A stretch of 64,000 nucleotides of DNA from Diplonema japonicum (lineage: Eukaryota; Protista; Euglenozoa: Diplonemea). The notes beneath the pieces were generated by a model, which ran no database searches, had not been told where the DNA came from, and saw only the letters and a program-made list of their open reading frames with translations. Numbering within the stretch: position 1 is the first letter of the stretch; each line of letters begins with the position of its first letter. The translations under genes and the position numbers were made by a program. Location: positions 124,001 through 188,000 of the forward strand of contig OZ025753.1 in NCBI GenBank assembly GCA_964019335.1, written 5' to 3'. This document shows, in pieces, positions 22,990 to 36,300 of this stretch.

Positions 22990-24505
22990 GGAGAGGAAGA
23001 GCGGTCGTGGCTCCACAAGGCCCGAAAACGAGAGGAAGACCTGAAGATGGAACAATGTCCACGAGCTCCACTGCACAGGAAGGCAGCCATCCCACCGTGG
23101 GAGTGGAACACGCTGGAGAGGTTGTGCATTAGGACAGAAGGCGAGGGGACAAAGAAGCTGGAAGTGACGAAACAGAGAACGGCTGCCCTCGAGATGATCG
23201 CCAAGCTCCCAAAAGCCGACATCACCGTCTACACCGATGGGTCAGTCGAAGAGGGCAAGGGCGGCGCAGGAATCGTGATTGAAAGGGCTGGGGGGACGGC
23301 GACGGAGATAAGCGTAGGCGTCTGCAACCTGTGTGACAGTTTCCAAGCAGAGATGAACGCCATCAACACGGCGCTAGCGAGGCTCGTGAAGGAGGACACG
23401 CAAGGGGCGCAGATCAACCTGCTGACAGACTCTATGGCGTGCCTGCAAAAGCTTAAGCAAGGTCCCGCAGGGCAACAAGAAGACATGGTGTCGAGGCATG
23501 GCACAACATACACGCGCTGACAACGAGAGGAAACCACCTCACATGCTGCTTTATCCCAGGCCACTGCGGGATAGAAGGAAACGAGAAGGCAGAGCAACGG
23601 CAGAGACAAGGAAGCAACACAGAAGATCAGCATGGGTGCAAGAAGAACTACCTAAGAAAAACCGGAAAGCAGGAAATATTAGCAAGGCTACATAAGGAAA
23701 AGACGTACAATAAGTGGGCAGGTAGAACGGAAGCACCCAAAAGGATGGAAGGGCTGAACAGGAAGGAAGAGGTGAAGACCGGGCACCATGACCTGCTGAA
23801 GGTAGGATACGCCGAGCAGCGAATTTGCGTGAAGTGCGGCCCCAACACGAAGCGAACCCTCAAACATCTCTTCCTAGATTGTCCGTCATCCAAAGCAAGC
23901 AGGGACAAACACTTCGACACCCTGACGCTGAGACGCATCCTTGTGGAGAACACACGAAAAGCAATCCAATATCTTGAAGATACCGGGGACCTGCCCCCCT
24001 CCGCAACAACTCCACAACAACCAACTAACCTGCCGAAGTAGCATGCCAATCAGAAGGCGGCTGAGGCACTTCTGATTCATTCAGAATCCCGAGATCCCAT
24101 CCCTGATCCCCAATCCTGTTTCTCGCAGAAACAGAGAGCACCACCAACCCCCCACCACAGCAGCCGACGAGACAGACGCAGCAGTGAAAATAAAAAAGCC
24201 CCCTGAACAAGTTTTCCCCCACCCCTATAACGATGATAATAAAAAAAATGTTATTTGACAAAAAAAAAAAATAAAAAAAATGTGTTCAAAAAAAAAAAAA
24301 AAGATACTGAGGTCCGGCACCCGCAGTAACCAAGAAAAAAAAAAAAAAAAAAAAAAAAAAAGTGTAAAGTGCCAAACAACCAGCAAAGCTTGTGGAATGA
24401 GAACACCAGTACGGTCAAGAGTAGGGCGAGCGTCTCGAGACACTTCCAACCCACCTAGTGGGTGCGGCCTTAGCAAGTCGAAAAGGAAGTGGAATTTAAA
24501 AAAAA
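22990..24505 (+). mobile_element. 3' part of an Ingi/I-like LINE (RNase H, CCHC finger, 3' UTR, tail), decayed
   Basis: YTDGS / QAEMNAI / LTDS motifs, then KTGHH...CVKC...HLFLDC; ends in the structured terminus at 24426-24505. Confidence 0.85.
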
Positions 24506-24529
24506 GGAAAAGAAGGCCACATCGACTCA

Positions 24530-24862
24530 TTACGCTTCCTCATAACGAAAGGAAAGGCAGATGTGAATAAGGCCAACAAGAACGGTGCCATCCCGTGTTT
24601 CATGGTGGCTCAGAATGGACAACTTGACTCAATATACATCCTCATCACTGAAAGAGAGGCAGATGTGAACCAGTTGACCAACACCGGTGCTAGCCCTTGT
24701 TTAAGTGCCTGTGAAAATGGACACGCTGACTCATTGCGCATCCTCATCACGGAAGGAAAGGCAGATGTGAACGAGGCATGTTACCAGGCGGCTCAAGGGG
24801 GACACGCCGACGCATTACGCGTCCTCATCACGGAGGGGAAGGCAGATGTGAACAAGGCCTCT
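24530..24862 (+). pseudogene. Ankyrin-repeat gene fragment
   Basis: Repeated ADVN...G.SPC..A..NGH.D.LR.LITEG units with an internal deletion and no proper start or end. Confidence 0.75.
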
Positions 24863-24927
24863 GAGGAAGGTTCGGGGTTGTCACCTCGTCGAGAAATCGT
24901 ACGTAGTGACAACAACCATCGAACCAA

Positions 24928-25178
24928 ATAGCTCAACACCCACCACGTAATCCCTCGTGCTGTAGCCACCCACAGGTTGAGGTGAAGAGGGATTGCTCAC
25001 ATCGAAGACCACCAGACTACGAAGAACCCCAACGACCTTCGTCCCAGACACAGAGAGGGAACATCAATGAAAGCAGCAGTGAAAGTGCTGCTTCCCACTG
25101 GTACCGGTATGGACGGGTCGCTGATGTCAACAACAACAAGACCAGGCCCGCCATCGTTGTCAGTCCCAACATAAGCTG
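24928..25178 (-). pseudogene. Inverted internal fragment of an LVIVD gene
   Basis: Reverse complement matches 43825-44075 (TAYVGTDNDGGPGLVVVDISDP...). Confidence 0.85.
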
Positions 25179-25179
25179 T

Positions 25180-25441
25180 CCCAACGGCACCACCCACATC
25201 AGCACCCCCAACAGCACCAATCAATCGCATTGGAGGCATCGATGCCCTCGGTGATGTCAACGACGTGCAAACGATAGGGAACATCGCTTACGTTGCAGGC
25301 GGGGCCACGGGTCTCATGATATTCGATGTCAGTGATGCGTCGTCGCCGAAGCTGCTGGGCAGCAGTGCTGATTGCATTGGGTGCAACACGACAGCTCAGT
25401 ACGTGACTGTGGTGGGCACAACGGCTTACGTGGTTCCTGTT
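25180..25441 (+). pseudogene. Fragment of the linker-to-second-ectodomain junction of a double LVIVD gene
   Basis: APPTSAPPTAPINRIGGIDALG...TAYVVP matches 43030-43285 and breaks inside variable loop 1. Confidence 0.85.
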
Positions 25442-25775
25442 GACGATGGCGGCCGTTCCAGTCTGATCATGTCGCACTATATTATATTATATTTCTCATC
25501 TTCTAGAAGAAAATGGGGTTTTTGCCCTCGTATCTCGCCGGGCCAGCACTCTTGCCAGCATAGCCCTAGGGCTACGTTGTCGGCGTACGGCCGTACGTAC
25601 GCGTTTTTCGAACGTACGCCGTACGGGGATAACGGCCTCCTCGTCGGCCGAGGCCACAGAAGGGGTGGATAAGTAAAGACAGGAACCTCCTTTATCCATC
25701 TCTTTGTTTTTCTTTTGTATCTTTTTAAATGTTTGATTCTCACAGCCACAGGGTTCGCGAAAAGAAAACGAATAA

Positions 25776-28700
25776 ATGATCATGGTCATGTTGCTGCTGG
25801 CAGCCCTCCTCGCAAGCAGTGCCGCGGCACCACTCAGTCGCATTGGAGGCATCGATGCCCTCGGTTATGTCAACGACGTGCAAACGATAGGGAACATCGC
25901 TTACGTTGCAGGCGGGGACACGGGTCTCATGATATTCGATGTCAGTGATGCGTCGTCGCCGAAGCTGCTGGGCAGCAGTGCTGATTGCATTGGGTGCAAC
26001 ACGACAGTTGCTTACGTGACTGTGGTGGGCACAACGGCTTACGTGGTTCCTGTTGACAATTATGGTACCCGTCACACAGTGTTCGCGATTGTTGATGTGA
26101 GCACACCTTCGTCACCGAGGCAGCTGGGGGTTTACGAAATGGAAACTGTTTACTATCCTCGCGTTTTCATTTCAGGGAAGTATGTGTATTCACGTCAGCA
26201 TGATGGGATCCATGTGGTGGATGTGAGCACACCGTCGTCGCCCAGCTTGGTGACAAAGCTTGACAGCGAGAACAAGTGGGATACTTACTGCGTTGCTGGG
26301 ACGACCCTCTTCGCGTATTTGAAATCTAACGTCCTGCAGCTCTACGACGTGACAAACCCGAACCTTCCTCAGACCTTGGGCAAGATGTATATGCAGAACA
26401 CAATCTATGGTCCCCCCCTGCTCAGTGTTTTTGGGTCTCATCTCTATGTGGCTTTTGACATGTCCGTCACCATCATCGACATCTCTTCACGTTCGTCCCC
26501 AAAGCAGATGAGTACCTTGAACCTCACATCTTCATTTTCATCTCTCACCGTGTCGGGGAACATAGCTTATGTTGGGACTGACAACGATAACAGGCTTAAC
26601 GGGCCTGGTCTTGTTGTTGTTGACATCAGCGACCCGTCCACACCTGTACAAGTGGGGAGCAGTAATTTCACTTCTGTATATTCCCTCTCTGTGTCTGGGA
26701 CGAAGGTCGTTGCTGGGGTTCTTCGTGGTCCTCTTCTTGGTCTGGAGGTCTTCGATGTGAGCGATCCCTCTTCACCTCAACCTGTGGGTGGCTATTACAC
26801 GAGAGATTATATGATGGGTCTTGAGCTTTTTGGATCGGTGGCAGCTGTTACTATTTCACGAGATCAAAGCAACTTGGCCATGCAAACCTACGATGTTCGT
26901 GATGCGTCTTCCCCGCAAGAGCTGGGCAGCCTTCTAGTCAGTGACCATCAGGTTCAGACCAACTTCCTTGCTCTGTCAGGAACGACAGTGTACTTGCCAT
27001 TCGTGGAAGGAGGATATGTTATTAGTGGATTTCAAACTGTCAGTGTGAGCGACCCATCTAAGCCCACTGTCTTGGGGGCTTACAAGGTGAATCGCACGAA
27101 TTATGAATACATTGCGGTTGATGGAACAACAGTTTATGCCATTAACGATGATTATGCAGATGGCACAAACGATATGGATATCATCGATGCAAGCGTTCCA
27201 TCATCACCTTCCTTGTTGGGCACCTTTCAGTACAATGAAGGCGATGTTAATGGTGTAACTGTCAACAATGGCTTTGCTTACATTATCACCACCACCCCCA
27301 CCGGATCCAATACCACCCTTTGCATCATAGATGTGCACGATCCGCAGTCACCCACTCTGTTCACCATGTTAGAGGACCTGCCCTGTGGTGAGGGAACAGA
27401 AACAGCCATTTCCATAGCCATGCATGGAACCACTGTCTACTATTCGTGTTTGAGAACCTCAGGAACCTTTGGCATCATCGACATCGAAGATGCATCGTGG
27501 CCTTCACCTCAGTTGCTTGGGGAGTACACAGCACTGGTCTTTGACTTCGCTGTTGACGGGAACACGGTCTATCTTGCCTCTTATGCTCAGCTTCTCGTTC
27601 TCGATGTGAGCACACCGTCGTCTCCACAGCTTGTGGGCAGCCACTTCATCCCCTCCGCAATTCAACGTTTCACAACCCACACTCCTCTTCTCGCTGTTTC
27701 AGGTGAGAGGGTTTACTTCGCCAGCCACGGGCTTTATATTTTTGAAAAGCCCACTCCAACAGCACCACCCACATCGGCACCTCCAACAGCACAACCCACA
27801 TCGGCACCCTCAACAGCACCACCCACAGCACCTCCAACGGCACCACCCACATCGGCACCCCCAACCGCACTACCCACATCGGCACCCTCAACGGCACCAC
27901 CCACATCAGCACCTCCAACGGCACCACCCACATCGGCACCTCCCACAGCACAACCCACATCAGCACCCTCAACAGCACCACCCACATCGGCACCCTCAAC
28001 AGCACAACCTACATCGGCACCTGCCACAGCGCCACCCACATACGGACCCTCAACACCAGTACCGGACGGAACACCAGCACCCAGTGAGAACAGCAATGAC
28101 ACATGGAAGATTGTGGCGATTGTAGCCTTAATTTCCCTTGTCATCGTGATTGCGATCGGCGTTGCTTGTGTATGTGAAGACAGAATAAAAAAGAAATAGA
28201 AGAAGGGAGAAGTGATTTCTGGGACTCCTTTGGCTTTTTTCTTTTTAGGGAAGCAGACCCTGCTTGATTTTTGAGCATGTGAAGCGAAAGCCTATTTTGA
28301 TACTGGCAGCAGGTGGGCGTTGGAAGCATTGCCGAACAGCTATCCCTAGTGGTTCCCTCCGCTGTGTGGGAGACCTCCGAAGCACAGTCCGGCGCTTGCA
28401 ATACCATTTCAGGCACCTCGAAGAACCACACTTCGCGGTGTGTAGCTTAGAGGACTGGACGATGGGTGTGGCACCTTCATGTCACACTGCAGTATGCTGC
28501 TGCAACAAGGGCATCCTCTAAAAGGGGCCCAATGGGCCCAGCTTGGTTGGATGAAACCACTTCAGATTTGGTCCTTTTATTTCACTTGTGTTTGGTGCTG
28601 TCTACTCTTGACGGGTCCCGTGTTGCACTAGGTGCATAAACACAGTATTCTGACTTAACCCATAACACTCCAAGGCGCAAATATTTGTTGTTTTGAAAAA

Positions 28701-30690
28701 TCGTTTTTTTCTCTAAGTACTTTTTCGTCCCCACGACCCCTGGATCTCCAAGAACGACTATAGTGAGGAGTTATTTTCAACTGCAATTCATGCTGCGCTG
28801 CATCACTTTAACTTGTTATCCACCCACCAAGTGGGTCCCAAATCCGAGTAGATAGGCTAAAAACGCAAAATAACGGGTGTGCATACTGTGCCCAAATTGT
28901 TCCCAAAAAACGCAAAGGTAAAGCCAAAACAGTTACGGACGAGGTCCAACCTTCATGGGTAAGGGAGTTGGTACCCATAGAGACCACATAAAATAGGCCA
29001 GTGGGGAGAAAAAAAGCTGTCCCGTGGTACGCAGAAACCTGACAACGCAAAATGGTTATTCCTTCGGTTTTTTTATAAGAAGCTAACAGACGTCATCCAA
29101 GAAGAGACAAACAAGCAAAAGGACGCTGAGATTGATAAAATTTCGACCCAGGACTCCACCGCTTACTCGGATTGAGCATTGCGATGGGTTTACGGCGTGC
29201 CCAGAATCAGCAGTCGTATTGGTCCACAGGACCCATGAAAATTCCCCTTTTCAGTAACACGATGCCCAGGAGACGCTACTGGGAAATCAAAAGTAGCCTC
29301 CACTTCACTCACACAGAAGAGTCAAACGGTGATGTGTTGTGAAGATACGAGGGTTTCTGGACGGAATTGGTGACAAGTGGGCAAAAGCAGCAGTGCCAGG
29401 AAAATAATTAAGCATTTGGCGAGACACTCGTACCTTCACGGGGCAATTGGGGGCTGCGGGTCTACTGTCCTTTCAAGCGTAAAAGATATGGCATAAAAAT
29501 CTACTGCCTAAACTGCGCGAGCACGGGTTATCTTTTGCGTTTTCACATCCACGCCACCAAAATCGAGGGGCACGCACTTGAAGATTTCAGTGTTGTAAAA
29601 AAAGCGGGGCTGGGGTTAACAGAGCCTTTCCGGGGAAATGACAACACGGTAGTTTGCAATAACTACTTTTCGACTGTGGGTCTGGCCGAAGCCCTGTGAA
29701 ATAACTGTGAGGGGCTTGCATTTCGTTGGGTGTTGCGGACTCTTCTGGTGGACCCTAGAAGTGGCAATAGTTAACTGCCATGCACTTCAAAAAAATAAAA
29801 TATGGTTCAGGGATGCCAAAGAGATACACAACCCTGGCTGCTTTAAAGAGCGCTTTCGAGAGAGCCTAATTGATGGGTCCAGCGTTGCAAAAACACCACT
29901 CCCGGCACCCAACTAGTGGTGCACTCACACCCGATACCCCAGATTACACCAAACGTGCTAGCTAGCCACTCAAAGGGGGCACCTCCAGGGTCTGCAGGTT
30001 GAAAGAATGCACAAAACGCACAATCTACAAATGCTACACCTGAAACCAACACCTCTGTCCAAATAAGTGCTTTTTTCGTACCACTCTTCCATCACTCCAA
30101 AAAGGCCTCTTGACGATTTCGAGGCCGATATTCCGCCCGCAAATAGGCACTTCTCTCGGTCTGAGACATCTGAGGGGTCCTGCTGCCTTTTTTGTCCCAG
30201 GATGCTCAATTTACACCCCCCCGTGCACAACCCATTTTGACATGGTCGTTTTTGAGCACCCTACGGCCATTCAACTCTTCATCCCCTTTGTATTTTTATT
30301 AATTTTTGAACTTTTTTTTTTTAATTTTCCTGGTCCAAAAAACCCGTTTTACCTGCAAACGGGGGTTGAATGCTGCCATTTTCCCCCTCAAATTATGAAA
30401 AGGAGCAAAAAAGGGACCCCTATGTAGATAGGCCCCGGAGTGTTATGGGTTAAAATCATTTCAGGTGCCTCCTGACAGGGAAACACAAAGCTGCCGTGCG
30501 ATTGCCCTCTTGTTCAAGCTGTCTGATCTTTGTTCCAATTTATTTGTTGGCCGAAATCCGAAAAAAGCACATAATTTATACCCCACCACAGTATTGCAAA
30601 GCGAAGAAGGTGCAGGGCAGTGGGGACCAAGCTCTGGTAGATTTCAATCACACGAACGACCACGAAGAGGACTACAGTGTTGCTGCTTAG
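25776..30690 (+). CDS. LVIVD-repeat membrane protein, copy 4; join(25776..28169,30592..30690)
   Basis: Donor GTATGT 28170, acceptor CACAG 30591; the intron contains a piggyBac. Exon 2 = YCKAKKVQGSGDQALVDFNHTNDHEEDYSVAA*. Confidence 0.8.
27750..28060 (+). repeat. 15-nt-period coding repeat (APPTS/APSTA mucin-like stalk); also 42725-43065 and 44950-45090
   Basis: GCACCACCCACATCR-type tandem units; copy number differs between paralogues. Confidence 0.9.
28659..30449 (+). mobile_element. Decayed piggyBac transposon
   Basis: TTAA target duplications (28655-58, 30450-53) and perfect 13-bp TIR CCCATAACACTCC. Relic transposase motifs: SYWS...MPRRRYWEIKSSLHF, YCPFKRKRYGIKIYCL...TGY, NNYFST, with stops and frameshifts. 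Confidence 0.9.
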
Positions 30691-30865
30691 GGCGACTCTG
30701 TCTGGGGAGGCTTCAGATTGGTACTTTAAGCTTTTTCACCCTCCCTCTTCCCTCTCAAAGGTGAAAAGCCACAATGCTCAATTCTTTTTTTTCCTTTTTT
30801 TTTTTTTTTTTTTTTTTTTTCAAGGGAACACTGGGTTCGGATAATCAAAAGTCACGACGACAAAA

Positions 30866-33268
30866 ATGCCACCGCAAGGCCGAGGTGGAGCCTCCACGAC
30901 GGCGGTTCCTGGGCGGGCTTCCTCTCATAAGGGGAAGTCCGGCGAATCCACCAGACCGAAGACGAGGGAAGCGGTGCAGGATCTGGCCAATAGGCTGGAG
31001 GGTTGGAAGGTGATAGACACCGGAAGAAGGCAGGGAGAGTGCTTCTTCGAAGCGGTGTCGTACGCGGTGCACGGCGCGAGGGACGAGGCGGGGGCGCTGC
31101 GGGAGGTGGTGGCCTCTCATCTGGCGGGGAAGGACTACTCCTCCTTCATGATGGTGGAGGAAGGGGAGAAGGCTGCGGCGTGGAAGGAGTACCAGAGGCT
31201 GGTAGCTCTTTCGGGAACGTGGGCGGACAGGCTGACGGTCAGCACGATGTCCGTGGTGATGGGACGCAGGATCTGTGTCTTTGCTGTAAGGGATGACGTC
31301 CTCACCCTGAGCTGCTTCGAGCCGGGGAGTAGGAATGAGGTACCAGACACGGCCACGCTATGGCTGGGCTATGTGGAGGGCCACTACGTCTGCGCGGTGA
31401 AAGGGGAGGACTCGAAGATGCCTACCACTACAGCGTATGTGCCGCCGGTGAGGATCCCACTCCCCATCCGCAGCGAGGGCGCGAAGGACGGGAAGAAGAA
31501 GGAGCAGGGCAAGCCGGCACGCAAGGCCATCATCGCATGCCTTGCCGAGGACGAGTGGCCCGTGCACGTGCGGGAGTGGGAAGGGGCGGAGACACAGCCG
31601 GAGCGGGCGGTGTACCTTGTCCCGCAAGGCTCTGAACGGTTGGCAGCGGAGTGGCTAAGGGGCGCGCCGGCTGCAACGGTCGTTTCGTGGGGACGTCTCC
31701 CCTACTTCTGCGGCGAGGAGGCTGAGGTCCTTCTGAGCACGAACGAAGGGCGCGGGAAGACGTGCAGACGCCTGCAGGTGACATCCCGCAATGGTCACCC
31801 TGCGATGCCGGACGCAAACAAGGAGGAGATGGAGGAAGAGGAGGAGCTGGAGGAGCCGGAGACCTGCACCTCGGAACTCTATCTGGTTGCTCAAACATCG
31901 CTGGACGCCGAGAAGGCCAGGTCGAGAGTATTGACATGGCTGAGGGAGAGAGCAGGGCGGTACCTCACCAAGAGAGGCAGGAAGCGGGACGGCGTTTTCG
32001 AGGTCCCAATCACGGTGATGAAGACCGATGTCCAGTCGATCCTCATGCGCAGTGGCGAGGACGGCGTGTTTGTGCGCCAACCGTGGGAAGCACGCGATCT
32101 CCTGCCGGTTTTGTGGCTGGAGGGCACGACACTGAAAGCGGCACTGCTGTTCAGGCGTGAAGTGTGCGGATGGGGACTGACCTTCAAGAAGTCGGGCAAG
32201 TCCGTCGTCTACGGGGTAAGGGTACCGAAAGCCGAGCTTGACACAGCAAGGCGGGTGCTCAAAGACCGACATGCCGATCTGAAGGTGACAGCGACAGCAG
32301 CGACACTGCTCGACGGCGAGCACTATGAGGTACAAGGGGTGCCCTCTTCGATGAACGGCCTCGAGCTGGAAGACCGCTTGAAACGGTCGGGATGGCCGGT
32401 CACGGTGAGGAAGAGGCTGCATAGGTTTGGCGAAAAACAATCCTGGGCCGTGACTTCGTGCTCGAAACCGAGAGGTCTGGTTCTGAATGTCCAGGGCACG
32501 CGTTGGACCATCCAGCCGCTGGAGGGTGACCTGCAGAAGAAGAAGAAGAACAAGAAGGGCGCGAGTGACAGTAATAAGGCCGTATTCACATTGCCGCCGA
32601 ACGCCATATGGGGCAGACAAGCCGGGCAGGCGAACCCATCATCCGCGCCTACACCTGCGCCAGTGTCGGACACGCAGGCGTCAACACACCACGCTGCGTC
32701 AACACCTGCGACGCACTCAACGCCGGTAGCCGAGGCTCTACCCCCACCGAACGCGCCAGCACCTGCTACGAAAACGATGGCGTCTGTCGACGCTTTCGAG
32801 GAGTGGGCGCGGAAGAAAGAGCTGGAGCACGAGCAGGAGAGGAAAGCGATGGAAGCGAGAGTGGTGGACATGGAGAGGAAGGCTGCCGCGACCATCTCGC
32901 TAGTGAAGTCGATGGAGCAGAACATGCAAGCTCTCGGCAGGCAGATGGAGATGGTAACAACACGTCTCGAGAGGTTGGATGCGGTGGCTGTGGCGGTGTC
33001 CGAGCTGGTTAAGACTGTCCAGTCTATCCAGCAGGACATCCAGACTGCGAAGCGCACGGACAAGAAGAGGAAATGCGACGACACGACGACCAGCAAGAAG
33101 GCACATTCGGGTGCCCTTGTCCCCACGAGTGCAACGGGTTCGATGACACCGATATACCTGCCCGGCGGCACACCGACATGTGCGGCCACACCTGACGTGC
33201 ACATGGCCATAGCTAACACTATGACCCCCATCCTACCAATCGAACATGACCCTGACGAGTTCAACTGA
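30866..33268 (+). CDS. LINE ORF1 with N-terminal OTU-like cysteine protease and C-terminal coiled coil
   Basis: GECFFEAVS...LREVVA...GTWAD...ICVF...LWLGYVEGHY fits the OTU Cys and His boxes; heptad-rich region near the C-terminus. Confidence 0.75.
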   Translation: MPPQGRGGASTTAVPGRASSHKGKSGESTRPKTREAVQDLANRLEGWKVIDTGRRQGECFFEAVSYAVHGARDEAGALREVVASHLAGKDYSSFMMVEEGEKAAAWKEYQRLVALSGTWADRLTVSTMSVVMGRRICVFAVRDDVLTLSCFEPGSRNEVPDTATLWLGYVEGHYVCAVKGEDSKMPTTTAYVPPVRIPLPIRSEGAKDGKKKEQGKPARKAIIACLAEDEWPVHVREWEGAETQPERAVYLVPQGSERLAAEWLRGAPAATVVSWGRLPYFCGEEAEVLLSTNEGRGKTCRRLQVTSRNGHPAMPDANKEEMEEEEELEEPETCTSELYLVAQTSLDAEKARSRVLTWLRERAGRYLTKRGRKRDGVFEVPITVMKTDVQSILMRSGEDGVFVRQPWEARDLLPVLWLEGTTLKAALLFRREVCGWGLTFKKSGKSVVYGVRVPKAELDTARRVLKDRHADLKVTATAATLLDGEHYEVQGVPSSMNGLELEDRLKRSGWPVTVRKRLHRFGEKQSWAVTSCSKPRGLVLNVQGTRWTIQPLEGDLQKKKKNKKGASDSNKAVFTLPPNAIWGRQAGQANPSSAPTPAPVSDTQASTHHAASTPATHSTPVAEALPPPNAPAPATKTMASVDAFEEWARKKELEHEQERKAMEARVVDMERKAAATISLVKSMEQNMQALGRQMEMVTTRLERLDAVAVAVSELVKTVQSIQQDIQTAKRTDKKRKCDDTTTSKKAHSGALVPTSATGSMTPIYLPGGTPTCAATPDVHMAIANTMTPILPIEHDPDEFN

Positions 33269-33307
33269 AGGGACGCCAGCCATGAAGACATCCGGAGGGA
33301 CATCTTC

Positions 33308-36300
33308 ATGGGTGGAGCTAGGGACCCCAATTCGCTCACAATCACAACTCTCAATGTGGGGTCCCTGAGCAATAAGGTGGACGAGGTGTTGGCCATGGAG
33401 AGCGACATCTCGTGCTTGCAGGAAGTGAAGCTGACCGCACACGGACAACACATGATTGGGAGGCATGTTGAGGACAACGGCAGGTATCGTGCGCTGTGGG
33501 GAAACCCACAGCCCGGTATCGTGGTCGATGGACTTGCTGCTCCCGACAAAGCACAAAGAGGTGGAGTCGGCATACTAGTACAGCGGTGCAGGCCGGCGAT
33601 AGTCAAAGCAGTCGCTTCGATGGACGACGGCAACAGGTGGGTCCATGCTATGATCAACTTGGACGGACGAGACATGTGGCTCCACCTCATTGTGGTATAT
33701 TGCCACTCGGGAAGTTACGGCAAACACCAGCGTGAGACACTTTTGAACAAGGTGCTGAACGAGATGAGATGTGCCCTGGGAGATGTTCCTATCATCGTCG
33801 CGGGGGACCTAAACACCGAGGTGTCGCAATCAGGTGTACTACAGCAGGCGGTTGGGTGTGACTGGGTGGATGCAGCAGCAATGCAGGCCGAGAAAGACGG
33901 GGTAAGGCCGAGCCACACCTTTGTGAGGAGAGCCACTGACACAAAGACACGCATCGACTACGTCTTGATGAACCCGATCGATGCGGCGGGACTACAGAAG
34001 GCGTGGGTCCACGACACGGTGTATACCAACGAACACAGATGCCTCTCCATCAAACTGTGTATCCCTACTCTCAAGAGCAAGACACGCAAGTACTTCATCC
34101 CGAAGGAACTGCCGGTGTCGACTGCTAGTGATGACCACGTGATTGAGCTGCTACAGGCGGAGAGATTCATCCAAAAACTTGAGGACATCGACGGCGCATA
34201 CCGTGTGCTGGCTGACGTCTCGGAAAGACACTGCATCACAGGCGTGCCGATGGAGCAACAGAAGACTTTCCGAGGGAGGGGCGAGGAGCGCAAACCCAAG
34301 GAGAAATGCCTGTCGGCCAAGTCTGTAAAGGAAGCCACGGGCGCAGCGGTGGGTAGACAGAAGTCGATTGCCTGTTTGCAGAGGAAGCTTGCACACATCA
34401 GCGCGGAAATCCAGGTGATGATTGACAAGGGACAAGTGTGCAACATGCCAGTAGTTCTGTTGAAGACTTGGGCGAATGCTCTGAGTTTGCTGGAGAAACT
34501 GCCGAACCCTCCAGTATTTGATAGGAACTTGCTGAAGGATGACCTGGAGTCGATTGTCACCAGACTTCAACTGCTAGACGACAACCTCTCCTCGCTACTA
34601 CGCGAGATCGCAAAGGACACGAGAGTGGAGCGGGAGAAGAAGTACGAGGCGAGGATCAACACCCAGTTCCAGGAGGAGCGGAGGGGGATGACCGCCTTTG
34701 TGAAAAACACTTCTACGTCAGCGGCGCAGGCAGTGGAGAGTGGCGGAGTGCTGACCGCAGACCTCGACGAGATGGACAGGATGATGCACGCGGAATGGGA
34801 CGGCGTGCTCCAGATGTACGGTGAAGGGCATGAAGAACCATCGTACGAGGCTTTCAAGGCTAGATACGGGCCATACATCTCGACGCATGACATGGTGCTC
34901 CAGCCACTGACAGGGGCTGATCTGAGAGCAGTTCTGGCCAAGAAATCGACGAGGACAGCACCGGGAGTTGATGGGTGGAGGATGGCAGAACTTCGCGCTA
35001 TGCCAAATGTATTGTTGGATGCGTGGGCGATGCTCTTCAACGCCATCGAGGTGACAGGGAAGTGGCCGAAGGCACTCCTGACGGCGTTGGTTACGCTGAT
35101 CCCGAAGGGAGGCGAGAGGACTCCGCTCAACCACCGCCCCATCACAGTCACGAGTGCGGTCTACAGACTGTGGGCCTGTGCCAGGTTGCGTGATATATCG
35201 CCATGGCAAGAGAAATGGGCGGACGACTCGCAGCATGGTTTTCGACCACGTCACGTGATGGAGCTCAGCACGCAGCTGGAGACGGCGATGCTGACCAACA
35301 CCCCTCTTAACGGCATAGCACTGGACTTCGTCAAGTGCTTCGACAGGGTGCCACAGAAAGTAGCGTTCGGGCTTATGCAAGACCTGGGTTTGCACCAGAG
35401 GATACTGACCCCGCTCAAAGCGATGTACGCAGGCCTCAAAAGACGTTTCCGCTTCCCTACTGGCGTGGGTTCCGAGTTCCACGTGACAAATGGAATTCTC
35501 CAAGTGTGTCCAATCTCCGTCATCCTGGTGAACGCTCTGGTGTCAGTGATGGTGAAGTGCGTGATTGCTGAGGTACCTGGCTCGCGATCGCTGTCGTACG
35601 CGGACGACGCGTACCTACTTGCGCGTTTGGTCGAGGTACTCAAGAGAGCGACCAACAAAACAATCGAGTTTTGCGAGCGGACAGGCATGCGCCTTAACGA
35701 AAACAAGTCACAAGCATTCTCGACGAAGGATGAGATCGGCCCTTGGTTGAAGTGCACAGGCTCATCGTTCAGAGTGACGAAGGGGATCAAGGCGCTTGGC
35801 GTGATCCTGAACATGAACGGGAAACATAGTTTGGACAAGCTACATTCCGCCGAAGGCCGTTTGTCCCGGCTTGGTGCATTGCCATTAAGCTTCGGGAACA
35901 AGGCGTCAATGCTGACGGGCACTGTGCTACCATCCTGTCTATACGGTACGACTGCTGAAGAAGCTCTGTACAGCGACGGTGACTTCCCTGTGGGGACCGC
36001 GCTTCAGGATGAGATCCCCGATGGCTGTGCTCAATGTGCTGTTACCTGGACACACAGCATATCCACAAGCGAAGATTGTTTACAACACGGTGAACTGCCT
36101 GCGAGAAAGCCTCACCTCCCCACAACTGTGGCAGCGAGTCAATGAGATTGTTACACTGTACCGGGAGCGAGAGGACGACGAGGAGAGGGGGCCGCTAGGG
36201 GTCTTGCTGAAGAGGTGGCTACCCTTCCTGAACAAGGGGTGGTCCTTCATTGAAGGTTTGCGCGCTCTGGTGCCCAGTGCGAGACGCCATGAAGTAAGAC

